From Kudoa neothunni (taxonomy: Eukaryota > Animalia > Cnidaria): 64,000 bases of DNA. Below the pieces are notes generated by a model. The model was given only the letters and a program-made list of their open reading frames with translations. It had not been told where the DNA came from and made no database searches. Both the position numbers and the translations under genes were made by a program. The stretch is taken from NCBI GenBank assembly GCA_964304625.1, contig OZ199838.1, positions 5,654,178 through 5,718,177 of the forward strand, given 5' to 3'. Numbering within the stretch: the first letter of the stretch is position 1; each line of letters starts with the position of its first letter. This document shows positions 14,124 to 26,641 of this stretch, in pieces.

Positions 14124-17100
14124 TTCCCCCCTTGGGAAGATCGGGACATATATGATTTGATGTTGTTTCTGTGGACAGTAGTTGGGAGATTGTCAATACT
14201 AATTGTATAAGTGGAGGGTCCATGTCTTTTAAGGACTACGTAAGGTCCTGACCACTTATTGGTAGCTGGGTTTTTGTAAACAACACTAGATTGGACTTGG
14301 ATGGGTTTAGGAGGACTTGCATTGTTGTAGTTTCTTGAGTTTTTGGATGATGAATTGGTTAGGCTTTTGAGTGCAATTGCATGTGTGCGTGAAAGTTCAC
14401 GTTTGAGATTTTTTAGGTATGACAGAGTGGTAGGAGAATTGTTCATGTTATCATTGGGCAGAATGGGTGTGAGAACAAAGTTGGGTTTTTTACCGTAGAT
14501 AAGTTGAAAGGGAGAAAAACCAGTTGATTCATTGGTATGATTATTATAATGGTTCACTAACATTTGGAGATGGATGTCCCATAAATTGGGTTCGTCGAGC
14601 TTCAGTAGCATATGCTTAAGAGTTCGGTTGAAACGCTCCACGGCGCCATTGCCCTGAGGATGGTATGGTGTAGTATGGGATAGCTCGATGTTGAGATCAC
14701 GGCAGATTTGTACGATAATATTTGAAACGAAGTTCCTACCATTGTCGCTGTGTATACGTCTAGGCTTACCGAATTTGCATAATATTTCCTGGATGAGTTT
14801 GTCACAAATTGTCTCTGCTCTTAAATCAGCTAGTGGAATGGCTATGGCGAATTTGGTGAAAAGATCCACACAGCAGAGTATATATCTATTAAGATTATCG
14901 GTGCGATTGAAAGGTCCAATGATATCCCATTCCATTAATTGAAAAGGGAAGGTAGCTTTTAGTGGGATTAAGTTGGATTTTTCGGAAGACCATGGATTCA
15001 ATTGGCAAGTTTTACAAGAACGCACATAATTTCGGGTTTCGATTTCGTAGCCGGGCCAAAATGCGTTGTCTCGTAGCATCGAAAATGTTTTGAAGAACCC
15101 GGGATGGCCAGATTGATCATGAAATCTGTCCAAGATTTTAGCGCGCATTTGAAGTGGGATGAAAAGTTGATTGATTTCTCTATTTTCGGCTTTCAGAGTC
15201 CTCACCAAGAGGCCATCTTTGAATCGGTAAACTCTCTTACCTTTGTATTTATTTTGTTCAATGGATTTTGCGATGCTCGATATAGTTATGTCCTCTTTTT
15301 GGGCCGATATCCACTTGTCTACTGGTAGGGATAGGAAATGGACTGATATAGCATTTGATTCGCACGGTGTTCTCGATAAAAAGTCGGCGTCTACATTATC
15401 AGGGCCACGTTTGTAGACTATTTCTAGGTCGTAGTTCTGGAGAAATAGCAGCCAACGGGATATTCTACCGTGAGAGTCTTTGATGGTTTTCAGGTGAGTT
15501 AGGGGGTTGTGATCCGTCCATACTTTGGTTCTTTTGCCGTAGACATATTGGTGAAATGTTTTGAGTGCATGTACTAGCGCTAGTGCTTCTTTTTCGAAGG
15601 TGGAATAATTAATTTCGGATTTATTGAGGATACGGCTGGCATAACGTATGACATGTTTCTTGCCATTCACTTCCTGATAGAGTACTGATGCGATGGCTGT
15701 GTCTGAAGCGTCGGTGGAAATTGTGAAATTTTTATTCAGGTTAGGAAGACTGAGTAGTGGCGAGGATGTTAACAAATGTTTGATGTTACTTATTCGATTA
15801 ATAGCTTCGGTGGATAATTCAAAGGGTTTTGTAGAAATGGCATTGTAGAGGGGCTGTGCTATGCTAGCAAAGTTTGGAATTAGGTCGCGGTAATAGTTTG
15901 CGAAGCCAATGAATGATTGGAGGCGTTTGGGTGTATTGGGAATGGGTATGTCAGCTACTGATTTGATTCTATCAGGATCAGGTGTGATTCCATCTTTTGA
16001 GATTACGAAGCCGAGATATTTGATTGACGTTACCTTATAAATGCATTTTTTTGTGTTGGGTTTCCAGTTGAATTCTGTGAGACGCTTCATGATTAATTTG
16101 AGATGTTCATCGTGCTCGTTAGAAGAGGAGGAATAGATTAGGATATCGTCAAGGTAAACGTGACAGAATTTCCCAATGTAGTCATTCAAAGTTTCGGTCA
16201 TGGCTCTTTGGAATGCAGATGGGGCTGTTACCAAACCAAATGGCAACACATTAAATTCGTAGTGGCCAAAGGGAGTGGAGAAAGCGGTCGCATATTTACA
16301 ATTCTCGTGGAGTGGTATCTGCCAGAATCCGGATTTGAGGTCGATTTTTGAAAAGTAGGTGGCAGAAGAGAGGGTGGAGATAATGTCATGGAGTAATGGT
16401 ATGGGGAATTGTTCCGAAACTATCTGAGAGTTGAGTTTCCGATAGTCTACACAGAATCTATATTCATTGTTGCGCTTCTTGACGAGGAGCACTGGGGATG
16501 AATACGGACTGTTACTTTTACGTATTACACCATCGTTGAGCATATTATCTATCTGCTCCTTAAAAATTGGGGAGAGGGCGAAAGGGATTTTCCTGGTGGA
16601 GATGTGAAAGGGGTTATCGGCGAATTTGAAACAGTATGGAGGAACTTTTGCGTGATCCTGTTTCGGGGCGATTGAACATGTATTCCCACGTACTGCAGGG
16701 AGTGTTATGGAACCATTCTGGCAGGTGATGAGGGCAGCATGTGCAGACAAAAAATCGCGACCAAGGATGCAATCTGTTACCAGATTATGACATACAACCA
16801 TTCTCCATTTGAAGACCTTTCCATTTAGAGAGAATTCGACGATGCTAGTACCAATGGTTTCCATTTGCTTCCCGCCTGCGGATGTAAGACTAATTTTGTC
16901 AGGGTGCATTTCCACATCGAAGCCGTGTCTTATAATTGATATGGAAGATCCAGTGTCAATCAGAGCAGTTGCAACTCTAGTTCCGATTTCAATTGGTATT
17001 GTAAAATTTTTAGACAAGTCAAACTGCGCTGAAGAAACAAAACACGAATAATTGGCCTCATCCGAAACAGATTCATTAAAATTGATACAGTTAATGTTAT

Positions 17101-17842
17101 TTGTATGTTTGCTATTGCATATATATGAGAGGTGTCCCCTCTTGTGGCAGGTTTTACATATTGCAAAACCTTTGCACTCTTTGGTTGAGTGATTATTTGA
17201 GCCACATTTTTTGCAAGATCGTTTCTTGTATTTGGATTTCCTCTCGCCGTACGAGGCTGCTGCAGTGTGATTTGGAATATTTAGCTGTTCCTCAACCGAT
17301 TGGATCAGCTCAGGAAGTGCTTGGGGTTTCGAAGCAACGATAATACGTTTGATGTACTCAGGCAACGACTTCGTGCATTGGTCCATAACTAGAGTTCTAG
17401 CGGTGTCTTCGTCGATAGAGGGTAGGGCCTTGCGAAGCAAATTGTTCACTCCGAAGCAGAATTCAGCAAAGGGGGTGACATTGTCCCACGTCGAACTGTA
17501 GAACGATTGAAGGGACAATGCGGAAGAAGTGATAGGGCGATATGTATTATTTAACAGCTCCACCATAAGGTTGAATGTATCCCTCGTTGGTCGGTACATA
17601 TTTATACCGTTGGTCTCGATCAAATCGAGGATGGTATCTCCGAGGTACAAGGGAAAATTCCTAGCTTTGTCCAGGTCATTCCAGTTGCTAGCTAGTGCAA
17701 GGAGCATAAAAGAGCGGTGGAACTTGGCGAAGTTATCGGCGGCGCCGGTAAATTTCTTGAGTGGCGGTGGCTTAACAGAGTCAACACCCCTGTCACCAGA
17801 TGTAACGGTGGAGTTAGTTGCGCTGTCGATAGGAGAAGCCAT
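14087..17842 (-). CDS. Gag-Pol polyprotein, 1251 aa (Gag with two CCHC knuckles, aspartic protease, RT, RNase H, integrase)
   Basis: CKKCGSNNHSTKEC and CKTCHKRGHLSYIC; LIDTGS; RFCVDYRKLN, LPFGL, YLDDILI; TDASD, EKEALA, WTDHNPL; HDQSGH..CKTC, DIIGP, SDNG, GAVERFN, WSGPY. PR-RT-RH-IN order is Gypsy. Confidence 0.98.
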   Translation of the reverse strand: MASPIDSATNSTVTSGDRGVDSVKPPPLKKFTGAADNFAKFHRSFMLLALASNWNDLDKARNFPLYLGDTILDLIETNGINMYRPTRDTFNLMVELLNNTYRPITSSALSLQSFYSSTWDNVTPFAEFCFGVNNLLRKALPSIDEDTARTLVMDQCTKSLPEYIKRIIVASKPQALPELIQSVEEQLNIPNHTAAASYGERKSKYKKRSCKKCGSNNHSTKECKGFAICKTCHKRGHLSYICNSKHTNNINCINFNESVSDEANYSCFVSSAQFDLSKNFTIPIEIGTRVATALIDTGSSISIIRHGFDVEMHPDKISLTSAGGKQMETIGTSIVEFSLNGKVFKWRMVVCHNLVTDCILGRDFLSAHAALITCQNGSITLPAVRGNTCSIAPKQDHAKVPPYCFKFADNPFHISTRKIPFALSPIFKEQIDNMLNDGVIRKSNSPYSSPVLLVKKRNNEYRFCVDYRKLNSQIVSEQFPIPLLHDIISTLSSATYFSKIDLKSGFWQIPLHENCKYATAFSTPFGHYEFNVLPFGLVTAPSAFQRAMTETLNDYIGKFCHVYLDDILIYSSSSNEHDEHLKLIMKRLTEFNWKPNTKKCIYKVTSIKYLGFVISKDGITPDPDRIKSVADIPIPNTPKRLQSFIGFANYYRDLIPNFASIAQPLYNAISTKPFELSTEAINRISNIKHLLTSSPLLSLPNLNKNFTISTDASDTAIASVLYQEVNGKKHVIRYASRILNKSEINYSTFEKEALALVHALKTFHQYVYGKRTKVWTDHNPLTHLKTIKDSHGRISRWLLFLQNYDLEIVYKRGPDNVDADFLSRTPCESNAISVHFLSLPVDKWISAQKEDITISSIAKSIEQNKYKGKRVYRFKDGLLVRTLKAENREINQLFIPLQMRAKILDRFHDQSGHPGFFKTFSMLRDNAFWPGYEIETRNYVRSCKTCQLNPWSSEKSNLIPLKATFPFQLMEWDIIGPFNRTDNLNRYILCCVDLFTKFAIAIPLADLRAETICDKLIQEILCKFGKPRRIHSDNGRNFVSNIIVQICRDLNIELSHTTPYHPQGNGAVERFNRTLKHMLLKLDEPNLWDIHLQMLVNHYNNHTNESTGFSPFQLIYGKKPNFVLTPILPNDNMNNSPTTLSYLKNLKRELSRTHAIALKSLTNSSSKNSRNYNNASPPKPIQVQSSVVYKNPATNKWSGPYVVLKRHGPSTYTISIDNLPTTVHRNNIKSYMSRSSQGGNVTYDTRQPDLD
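14124..14133 (-). promoter_or_regulatory. Polypurine tract
   Basis: AAGGGGGGAA immediately 5' of the 3' LTR on the minus strand. Confidence 0.9.
17785..17798 (-). promoter_or_regulatory. Primer-binding site (TGGTGACAGGGGTG), possibly tRNA-Leu
   Basis: TGG (complement of tRNA CCA) starts 2 nt after the 5' LTR. The implied tRNA end CAC-CCCUGUC-A-CCA resembles Leu tRNAs (inference). Confidence 0.75.
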
Positions 17843-17917
17843 GATAAAATATACTCGAAAAGTAATCTACCTAGATATCACTAATCTAAATCCGGTTGAC
17901 GCGTGTCATACGTTACA
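17801..17917 (-). repeat. 5' LTR (117 bp), contains the gag start codon
   Basis: Identical to 14007-14123 and followed by the PBS. ATG at 17842. Confidence 0.97.
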
Positions 17918-20300
17918 CACAATTATTAGAAATTATTTTTAATATAGTTTTGTAAATATATCAAAAAAATGTGAATTTTTCCTTGTTTGTTATGCTGCTA
18001 CACAAATGTGAACTTATTCGAAAAATCCCACCGATACAATTGGTGTGGGATCCAATGGATGAGTTCAAACTCTCGCTTATAATTCACAATTGTATGCAAA
18101 CCTCTATATTGTCTGAAGTAGCTCTGGATTTTGTAAGAAGATAAAAAATTCAATTTATTGATTTATTTTCAAAATAAAAAATATCATTATAAAAGAATTT
18201 GAACATATTTTGTAGAGAATAAACACAGAATCTTAACACGAAAGTTGCCGAGGATGAAACTGAATTTTCACGGAAAATGTAGGGACAATCTCCAAATTAT
18301 ATTTTTTAACGAATGACTGCGATGAATTTAAGAAAACTTTATAATAATTTCAATTGGATAATGTTCATAATTCAACCAGTCACAACACGAAATAAAGTAG
18401 TTATCGTGATTCAGTCGTGCAATTGATGTCACGGATGTGTCGTTAATTCTGGTTAAGGAGTGTCAATGCTAATTAGCTTTTGACTAAAGAGGATAGCAAT
18501 AACGGCACCTTTAGGAGTGGCAAGAAAATCGCCCGAAATCGTTTAAAATTAAATGGGATCGGCTTTCGTAGAAATTTTGTTTTACACTAGTTTGGCTGCT
18601 CCTACATTCACGTTCTAAATTGGAGAGATGTAGCAGCATTATAGAAATATGGGTTAACTGCTGCACTTTCTCTGCGTTCGTTGCGATAGATATCCATAGC
18701 ATCACAATAGGGAGATAGCAAACAAAGAGGCCGAAGGGAATTGTCTCCGAAACATAATGACACCGCGTTGGTTACGAATAGTATTTTACCTGTGCGGTAC
18801 CGTATTTGAAATGTTCATACAAAGAAGACGTTGCTGATATTTTATAATACGGTCGTTATAATCCTAGTATTAATTAAGTAAAGTTGAGACGAATGGGTGC
18901 GGAACTAGTTAAGTAAACATGCGTGGAGGTTAAACCCACGAACATGTTATGATAAGTTAATATTCTCAGCTTACATAGGGCTAGGTCCATGGAGTAATTC
19001 CATCGTGGAAAGTAAACACACCCGCCGATCGTTAATAGGTTTGTTTCAGTGAGATCACTACGTACATCATCACCAGTGTCAGAAATAAAATTCAAAGTAT
19101 ATAGTAGAGATAGTAGATACACTTTGAATATCAGGAGGTGATAGAAAACAGTATGTTATAGTATTTTTTCGAACCACAAATTATTAATCATATACAGGAT
19201 TAGAATTTGGTTGGATATTCACATAATTGGTTTAAAAATTTAAATTTCGCGGAATAAGCTACAAACAACGCTCTATTTGGTGCTCAAGTAATCACAAATA
19301 CTCTCTCATAGACAACATTACCAAAATTGTTTGCTACCTCATATTAATTGACATTCATAGAAAATCAAGCGGTGCAGTCTCTTTTGTCCATACCCAAAAG
19401 AGTCAATAGTCAAATAGTTCTCGCTTACTTGTTCTATCAATAGAAAAAAGTAAGATAATAATCTGACTATTAAAGATTGGTCAGCGTTATTGTTATTGAA
19501 ACAATTACTGTTGAATACATTCAGAGATAAATAACTATTGAAGATATCGTTGTATTCATTCCTACTCAAGCAACAAAGGGCGAACAGATATATATTCATT
19601 GGGTGAATTGATTGACTTATTGAATAGAGATAACAATAGTCGTTATCGAGTTATTTTAATCTTGGATTACATTCAGCTATCGTAAATAGTGATTAGTTGG
19701 ACTAAGTGGTTTTATAGTTTTATAGGATCAAACGACTAAATCTTCAGGATAAATGAGTGACATAAGCCAAAGATCTCAAGTAAATTTATTAGTGCGCTTC
19801 TATTTAAAATATAAATCGGGTGTACTTTCACATTCCAACACATACACACAATTTTCGATAAAATGTAGTTGTGAAAAATTAATAAAAATCTCAATAATAT
19901 GATTACTATTGTTAATATCAATAAATATTTAATGATAGCAGTAATTATGATTAGAAATAATAAGATGCAATGCAGCTAAATCTAAAATATGATTAGAATA
20001 AAGCTGTTTAATAGTTGTTGCTGGCATTTTGTTATTAATGAACACATTACCGTTAGTGAAACCAACGAGTAATCAATGGATAGGTTTCAATAGAATGCAG
20101 CGTAATGTGTGGATAACCCTCTGTTGCCCCTGCTTATCTTGATTCCAACGCACATTTCTATAAAATCCAACACATACACACTTAACTATTGGAGATGTGG
20201 ATGGAGAGTTGAGATAATAAGGAGGTGATCGTGGAATTCTCATTATCTACCGCTCACTCGTTATCATCATATAATATCATCTATTATTGTTCGTATTATA

Positions 20301-22246
20301 ATGGATGAGAACGAGAGTGGTGAGAGTTCTAAAGTATTTTAAAGTTGATACTATTTGATTTAATACACTTAATTTCTAATCTAAAATAATACTATAATAA
20401 TGTGTTATTAATGTTGACCAACTGTTAATAACCTGTGACGGGTGGGATGTGTGACGCCTACAAAAGAATGATTTTTAACTGTAATTTCTAGCCGAAATCG
20501 GACGTTGGGAGAGACGTAAACAACGGCAATCAGAATCAGTCAACAAATTCAAACAGCTGTATGATCTGCCGAGCAATGTTTAAGCGTTAATTTGCTGATA
20601 ATCTATCTATTCTAGCTTCTAACGCTGTGAACAATCCTAATAATAATGGTAACTCTGGGAAATTTCCGGTGATTATGCCTAACAACAATGGCGCAACCAA
20701 TAACAATTCAGTCGTCTCAAATAACACCAGAAATATGCCTCCCTCATCAGCCATTATACCGAGTATGTCGATAGATCCAAACTCACTGGCTGTTGCTGCA
20801 GGAAACGGAAACAATATGATGAGAATGAATCCGGTTGGTGGCCACCATTATCACAATGGAAGCAATGCTGGTACTGGTGGTGTGATTAGAAATCAACACC
20901 CGACAAATTATATGATGAATCAACCACAAACTCATGCAGTCGGCTACAATAACAGAAGCGATAATCGTTATCCAGCTGATCCTCAAACCAAAAATAACAG
21001 CATGAATAGACAGCAATATTTTCGGCCTAATCTTATGCACAATATACCCTCACATCAAGGATTCAATAGCTATGGATTTTATAGTAAATCTTTCATTATT
21101 TTATTGATTGAGGATATATTATTAATCGCGGATGTGTGCCCCTGTAGATAACAAGAGAAAACGTCGTGAGAGAACCTCATTCACCAAAACCCAACTCAGT
21201 GTTCTACTAGAAACCTACGCTGTGCAACCGTACCCCGATGTGCAACAGAGACTAGATATCGCCGCAAGAATTGGATTGGATGAAAGTAGAGTCCAGGTGT
21301 GTGAGCTGTTTACATTTAACCTATTTGCGACAACCCACCTAATCCGTTATTGATTTTTTGCTTTAAAGGTTTGGTTCAAAAACAGAAGAGCTAAGGAGCG
21401 AAAAGACGAACTTGTGGCTAATTCCATTCGTGCTAATACTTCTTCCGCCAACGGTGGTTCCAACACAAACGCATCATCCAACCCAAATGGCAACTCTTCC
21501 AATTCAAATAACAACATTCCCAACAATGGAAACAACAATAACTCTATGGGTCAACATCACTCGGGGCTCCCCTCCTCACAACAACACCCACAAGGAGGAC
21601 AATCTAACCGAGCTCAACAATCTCAACCTTCCACCTCTCAAGGTTGTTACTAATATTAGCTAGGGGAATGTTTCTGTGTGTGATGTTTAATTTTGGCTGG
21701 AATTGTTTTTTTGGAATAATTTTCGCACGCTAAGACATACAATTTTTTATAAACATATCTTTGATTGTTGGTTCCTATTAGCTAATCTAATATTGAAGTA
21801 GGTATGGACCATAACAGTGTTATTCATCAGTATAATAACCATCAACAACAAACTCACCACATGCATCATAGCTTAAATCCTCATGACCAATTCCTTCAAC
21901 AGAACACACAGGGTAATCGATATCCAACCAACATGCATCTTCCCAATCCTACCCCTTTCGTGGAGTTGTTTGGAGTGTCTGCGTTCGCCGATGAAAGTAG
22001 TACTTTCACTGGTTGTGATGTTAAATCGATTCATCGTTCCACCATATAGATGATGTCATGAATCAATATGCCGATTTGATGCCCACCAACCAACCAGATA
22101 ATAATGTAAACGCTTTCACCATGAATCCTTCGGCTATTGGTATCACCAAAGAGGAAGCTGAAATGCTTATATCGCCGTCACCAAATTTGCCCAAGCTTCA
22201 ACCTCTAAAACAAAATTTTAATGACACCCCATCGAAACAAAATTGA
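20301..22246 (+). CDS. otx: Otx/orthodenticle-like K50 paired-class homeobox protein (about 7 exons)
   Basis: Homeodomain KRKRRERTSFTKTQLSVLLETYAVQPYPDVQQRLDIAARIGLDESRVQ|VWFKNRRAKERK, with the canonical PRD-class intron between residues 46/47 (21297-21368). In-frame exons 20301-20333, 20492-20558, 20615-21083, 21148-21296, 21369-21642, 21802-~21997, 22050-22246. Confidence 0.88.
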
Positions 22247-24437
22247 TGGCTAATATGTAACGTTCTTATCGAAAACGAATATCTATGGATAATCGAATAA
22301 AACCGTATCTATTCCAACGATTGATGATTCTAAGTTTTAATCACTTACTTTTAACATTATTTTATTTGTATGAAATCTATTGGATATTCATATTTGCTTG
22401 TTTCTTTCTGGGGAAACGTAGTGATGTAGAATATAACATATGCGAGCGCGTGATTTAACAAATTCTATTGATTTTATTGGTATATCATTTGAGATTGCTT
22501 TCCATTGAAGCGTAGGTAGTAATTACTGGGTGTTGACTGGAAACAACTATTGCAACTGCTAATAGCATTTGCTGATTTTAAGTCATCTTATAATCATGAT
22601 AAGGCATTAAGTATCGTTGACAGTAATAAAAAATACACCCAAATACTCTAGCCTATTAAATATAATATGCCGTCATTTTACGAATGTGCAGAAATTATCA
22701 ACAATTTGTTTGATACTGGCAAATTTGTATCGACAAGAGATTCTTAATTGTATCCTAAATGGTGTTATTTCTTCAAAAACTTTATATTGAGAAAAACCAA
22801 ATCAAAATGAGCCGAAAATGCTTGATTTCACTGAGGCGACTCTTTTTGGGAGCATACCAAGAGTTATTACCGATAGGTGTGGTTTCGACTCTCCAATCAC
22901 TTATAAGGATATCAATATTTAATCTGTTTTTTAATAAAATGATAGGATTTTTACAGATAATCATGTTGCCGTTTATGAAAGCATTTATATCTACATACAA
23001 CTAACTATTTTGTCTGCTTCACGCACATTCTAGTTATTAATGCTGCTCTCATCGCTCCGTAACAAATTAACTAACGAGTAAACTGTTAATCACAAATAGT
23101 CAACCTATGATATCATTCGTTCCTTCCTAATCGTATTTGGTATTTCTGCTTCTTGATATTATATGGGGTGGTTTCCTCTAAGTTGATTATGTTCGATTTA
23201 ATACCACGATTATTTTCTGACAAAATACCCATCAAGTTTACGTTGGTTTTAATCTTTGATTGAGATGAAAATTTTGAATGTTATGTTCCCTATATCCAAT
23301 TTAAATAATTTATAATGCACAAAAAGGAATATTCAATAATTATAAATCAATTTTCAATGTAAATATTAAAGTAATAGCCTAACCAGAAATCGACTAAAAT
23401 TGTTATATTTCTCTCGTTAGATCGAGATAGATTATCCAATGGTACACATCCTAATAATTATGGTGTGTATATAGTTCAGATACCACATCATTGATTCATG
23501 CTAACTACAATCAACAAAGCCTATTACACGCGTCTGCGCGGTTTGGAAGATGGGAAGCAGGAGTGACTTATCAAACTAACGTATTTCACATAAGCATCTG
23601 CATAAGAACTTAGATAATTGAAATATTATTACATTTATTGTAATTCACAATAATCAACCATTCAAAAATTTTCTGCAGACTTCATTTTTATATTTCTCTA
23701 TATATTGATGTAATGTAATGCATGATGAATATTCATGTTAGGTAGGTCGGTGAATGTACGATAAACCAATTATTGATTTTTCTGTCTTAACATAATGAAT
23801 CTCATTAGAATTATCAAAAATAGGCGACTTAGATTTAATTGGATAAGTTACGAATTTTCGAACGTCTTAATCGAAAACAATTGATTAATGTATTTGTTGC
23901 TTAAATTGTTAGTTGAAATATCTTAGAGTCATATGAAATAAATAATTCATTTACTTTTCTAAAAACGAAAATCAAACAGTTTCAATCTTTAATAGAGCTA
24001 TTCGAGATGCATTTTAGTTTCTGCACCCCTAACACTTACGAGGACAATGCCGCATCCCTTCCCAAAAAACAAATTAAAAAAAGATTTATTTTTGGTAGGA
24101 AAAATCTCTTTACTACAATTACAATAAAAAAAGTTTACCTTAATGAGAAAATGAATGTAAACGGAATAAATATAAATGAGAATAAATTAACTTAAATACT
24201 TACTTTTGTATGCAATGGCGCAAGCGACATACGTTATTTTTATTTCGCGTATCCTCCCAACCTCCATAAATGCGTGATAAATGATGTTAACTCTATTTCT
24301 GTTTTCAAATAGGAATCACCCAAAATATTTCACTAGCATGTAACAGTTTATAAATTCTGAATCGCGGTATCAATAATAAGACGAGTTTTATATAATTCAA
24401 TTTTGATCATAGATATATTTTATGTGCGAAAAACATA

Positions 24438-25603
24438 CAGTCGTGCCTCGAAATCGCGTTACTCGATATTGCGTAGTAGCCCAATATCTCGTTAATTTTT
24501 TAAATGATTATAAATTTGGATACTGCTAAGTAATAATTAGATTATTATCTCGTAAAATATGTGTACAAATATTTATGGATAAAAAAATTAATATGAAATT
24601 GCTCGGTATTGCGATGTAATTATGTATTGCGTAGCAATTCTAGGGTCCGGAAACCCCGTTCTGATTCGACATTGCGTAGTAAATTTGACCATGCCAGATG
24701 CCAGGGATACGGAGGAATTTTGATGAGAAATTTAAAATTATCAGTTGTAATAATTCAATTAAATCAGTAAACTGTTCAAAAATGAACAGTTTAGAAATTT
24801 GATCTTGGTAATAGAATAATTGTCTTGGTAAAAATACATTTTAATTACAAAGTGTTGTAGATTGCGATTGTAATATAAAGATTAATAAACCTTTTAATAT
24901 TATTCAGTGTATTTGGGGAACGACGCCCAACGATTACATATTGTCAAAGGTGTTTCTTTATGCGTGGCGAAGAACATTCAAACCTCCGTAGAATCTTTTA
25001 GATAGAACAAAAACTTTCCAGCTGCGACATTTCTAACAAACGAAAACGTGAATGAAGGAGAGACTTTATTGGTGGTCTAATTTAATAGTGGACCATGCGC
25101 CAGTATCTCTGATAAGTGTCAATAGGAACAATTAATCGCCAAACTGTCAACATCTAGAATTAAGGATGCTTTAAGAACTCTTGGACAAACCTTTGCGAGC
25201 CAAGATCTAGAAGGTTTATGTGATTTACATCCTATTATGGATCGAAAAACAGCTATTTTAAAGAAAGAGAACCAAGGATTAAAATGATGGGAATCTTCTC
25301 TAAAGATAAAATGAAAAATGGAAAAACCTTTTGTAGTAATGGGCGCTGAGAAACATTATTCACAATAAAAACACGAGGCGTATATGCGCACCGTACCCTG
25401 GATATAATTAATCTTTATTATATACTACACCTTTGTTTCATTATTTAAATGAATTTATGTTTAAAAAGGAGCCAATAAATGGTTTAATCGATTTTCTGCA
25501 TAACACGTTTGCGCGAAACTTGATATTGCGTATTACTTTTGTATTTTGTATTTCATAGTAAGTTGGCGGTCCCACTTTACTACATAATACCGAGCCACGA
25601 CTG
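24438..25603. mobile_element. pogo/Tigger-type non-autonomous element
   Basis: TA-CAGTCGTGCCTCG ... CGAGCCACGACTG-TA, with repeated subterminal TATTGCGTA motifs. Confidence 0.85.
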
Positions 25604-26641
25604 TAATGAGCTAACAAAAAATGAGTAATTAAAGAAATACATTAACACGCACACGTATATATCACTCATACGTAGCATAAATTCCTCCCTAGCCGCATTA
25701 CGTACGAACTCTGCTGTATTTTATATTGAAAATAATTTATATACAACACAATTTAAAAAATAATACTTAATAAGTAAAATACAATCTCTGAAACAAATAA
25801 ACTTTTCATAAGTGTTAAGTCCTCGACAACAGCTTATGTTGGTACATAAGCACAAGGTAGTCGCCGGAACAAATAAATAATTTAATTATTTAAAATAACT
25901 ACCAAAGAATTGATTGTAATAATATAAAAAATGGTTAGTAGAAATATTAGTGAAAAAAATGTTAAATTTTTTTCGTCCTCATACATAAATGATACATACA
26001 AACATTGATTATGATTGAAATGGAGCCAGTTGGTTAATTGTCTCTAATATCAACAACCACTTTTTTTAAGAAACACCAAGTATTCGTATTGAAGAATGTG
26101 TTAATATCATTAAATCATTTTATTTATGATTTCTTTCTTTCTTTCACAAATAATTAGCAATTAGACATAAAATGTTATTCACGGTAAATGTTACAAATAT
26201 AAATATTAGTTATCATTTTAACATTAATATAGAATAGTGATATTTTTGATATTATCTCAATTTAAAAAAAATGCAACTCATGATACACTTTTTGGTGTTA
26301 TGATATTAACGATCATCATTAACATCTATAATCAGTCAATTGAAATTTTGTTTGGATTATCACAAAAAATATTATTTTCGTTTTCAAGTTCTAGAAATGT
26401 TATTTCATCAATTGATTATCCTTAGTTTATTTGGCAACACATCGATTAGAATCATTTTTACCAGCGATACCGAAATCAAAATAATTTGACAAAAAGTAGG
26501 TTTCTTTTTAAAATCTTTTAAACATGTTTATTCATAATTTTTTATTTTAATCCAAAACATAATTATAGCTAGTGTGTGGGAAGAGAATTTAATAATAATC
26601 CAGGTTTATTGATATGGTTGAGGATTATCTTGCATATATAT

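Larger units (their letters stand above)
14007..17917 (-). mobile_element. Intact full-length Ty3/Gypsy LTR retrotransposon (3,911 bp)
   Basis: Identical 117-bp LTRs (TGTAACG...CGTTACA), 5-bp TSD CACAA (14002-14006 / 17918-17922), PBS, PPT and an uninterrupted gag-pol ORF. Confidence 0.98.

Noticed and set aside
14688-17942. Antisense ORFs over the Gypsy element (e.g. 17529-17942, 137 aa)
   Set aside because: No motifs; expected shadows of a long, GC-richer sense ORF
18850-21350. TAATCC/GGATTA K50 sites suggesting Otx autoregulation
   Set aside because: Only about four dispersed hexamers in 2.5 kb of AT-rich DNA; not clearly above chance
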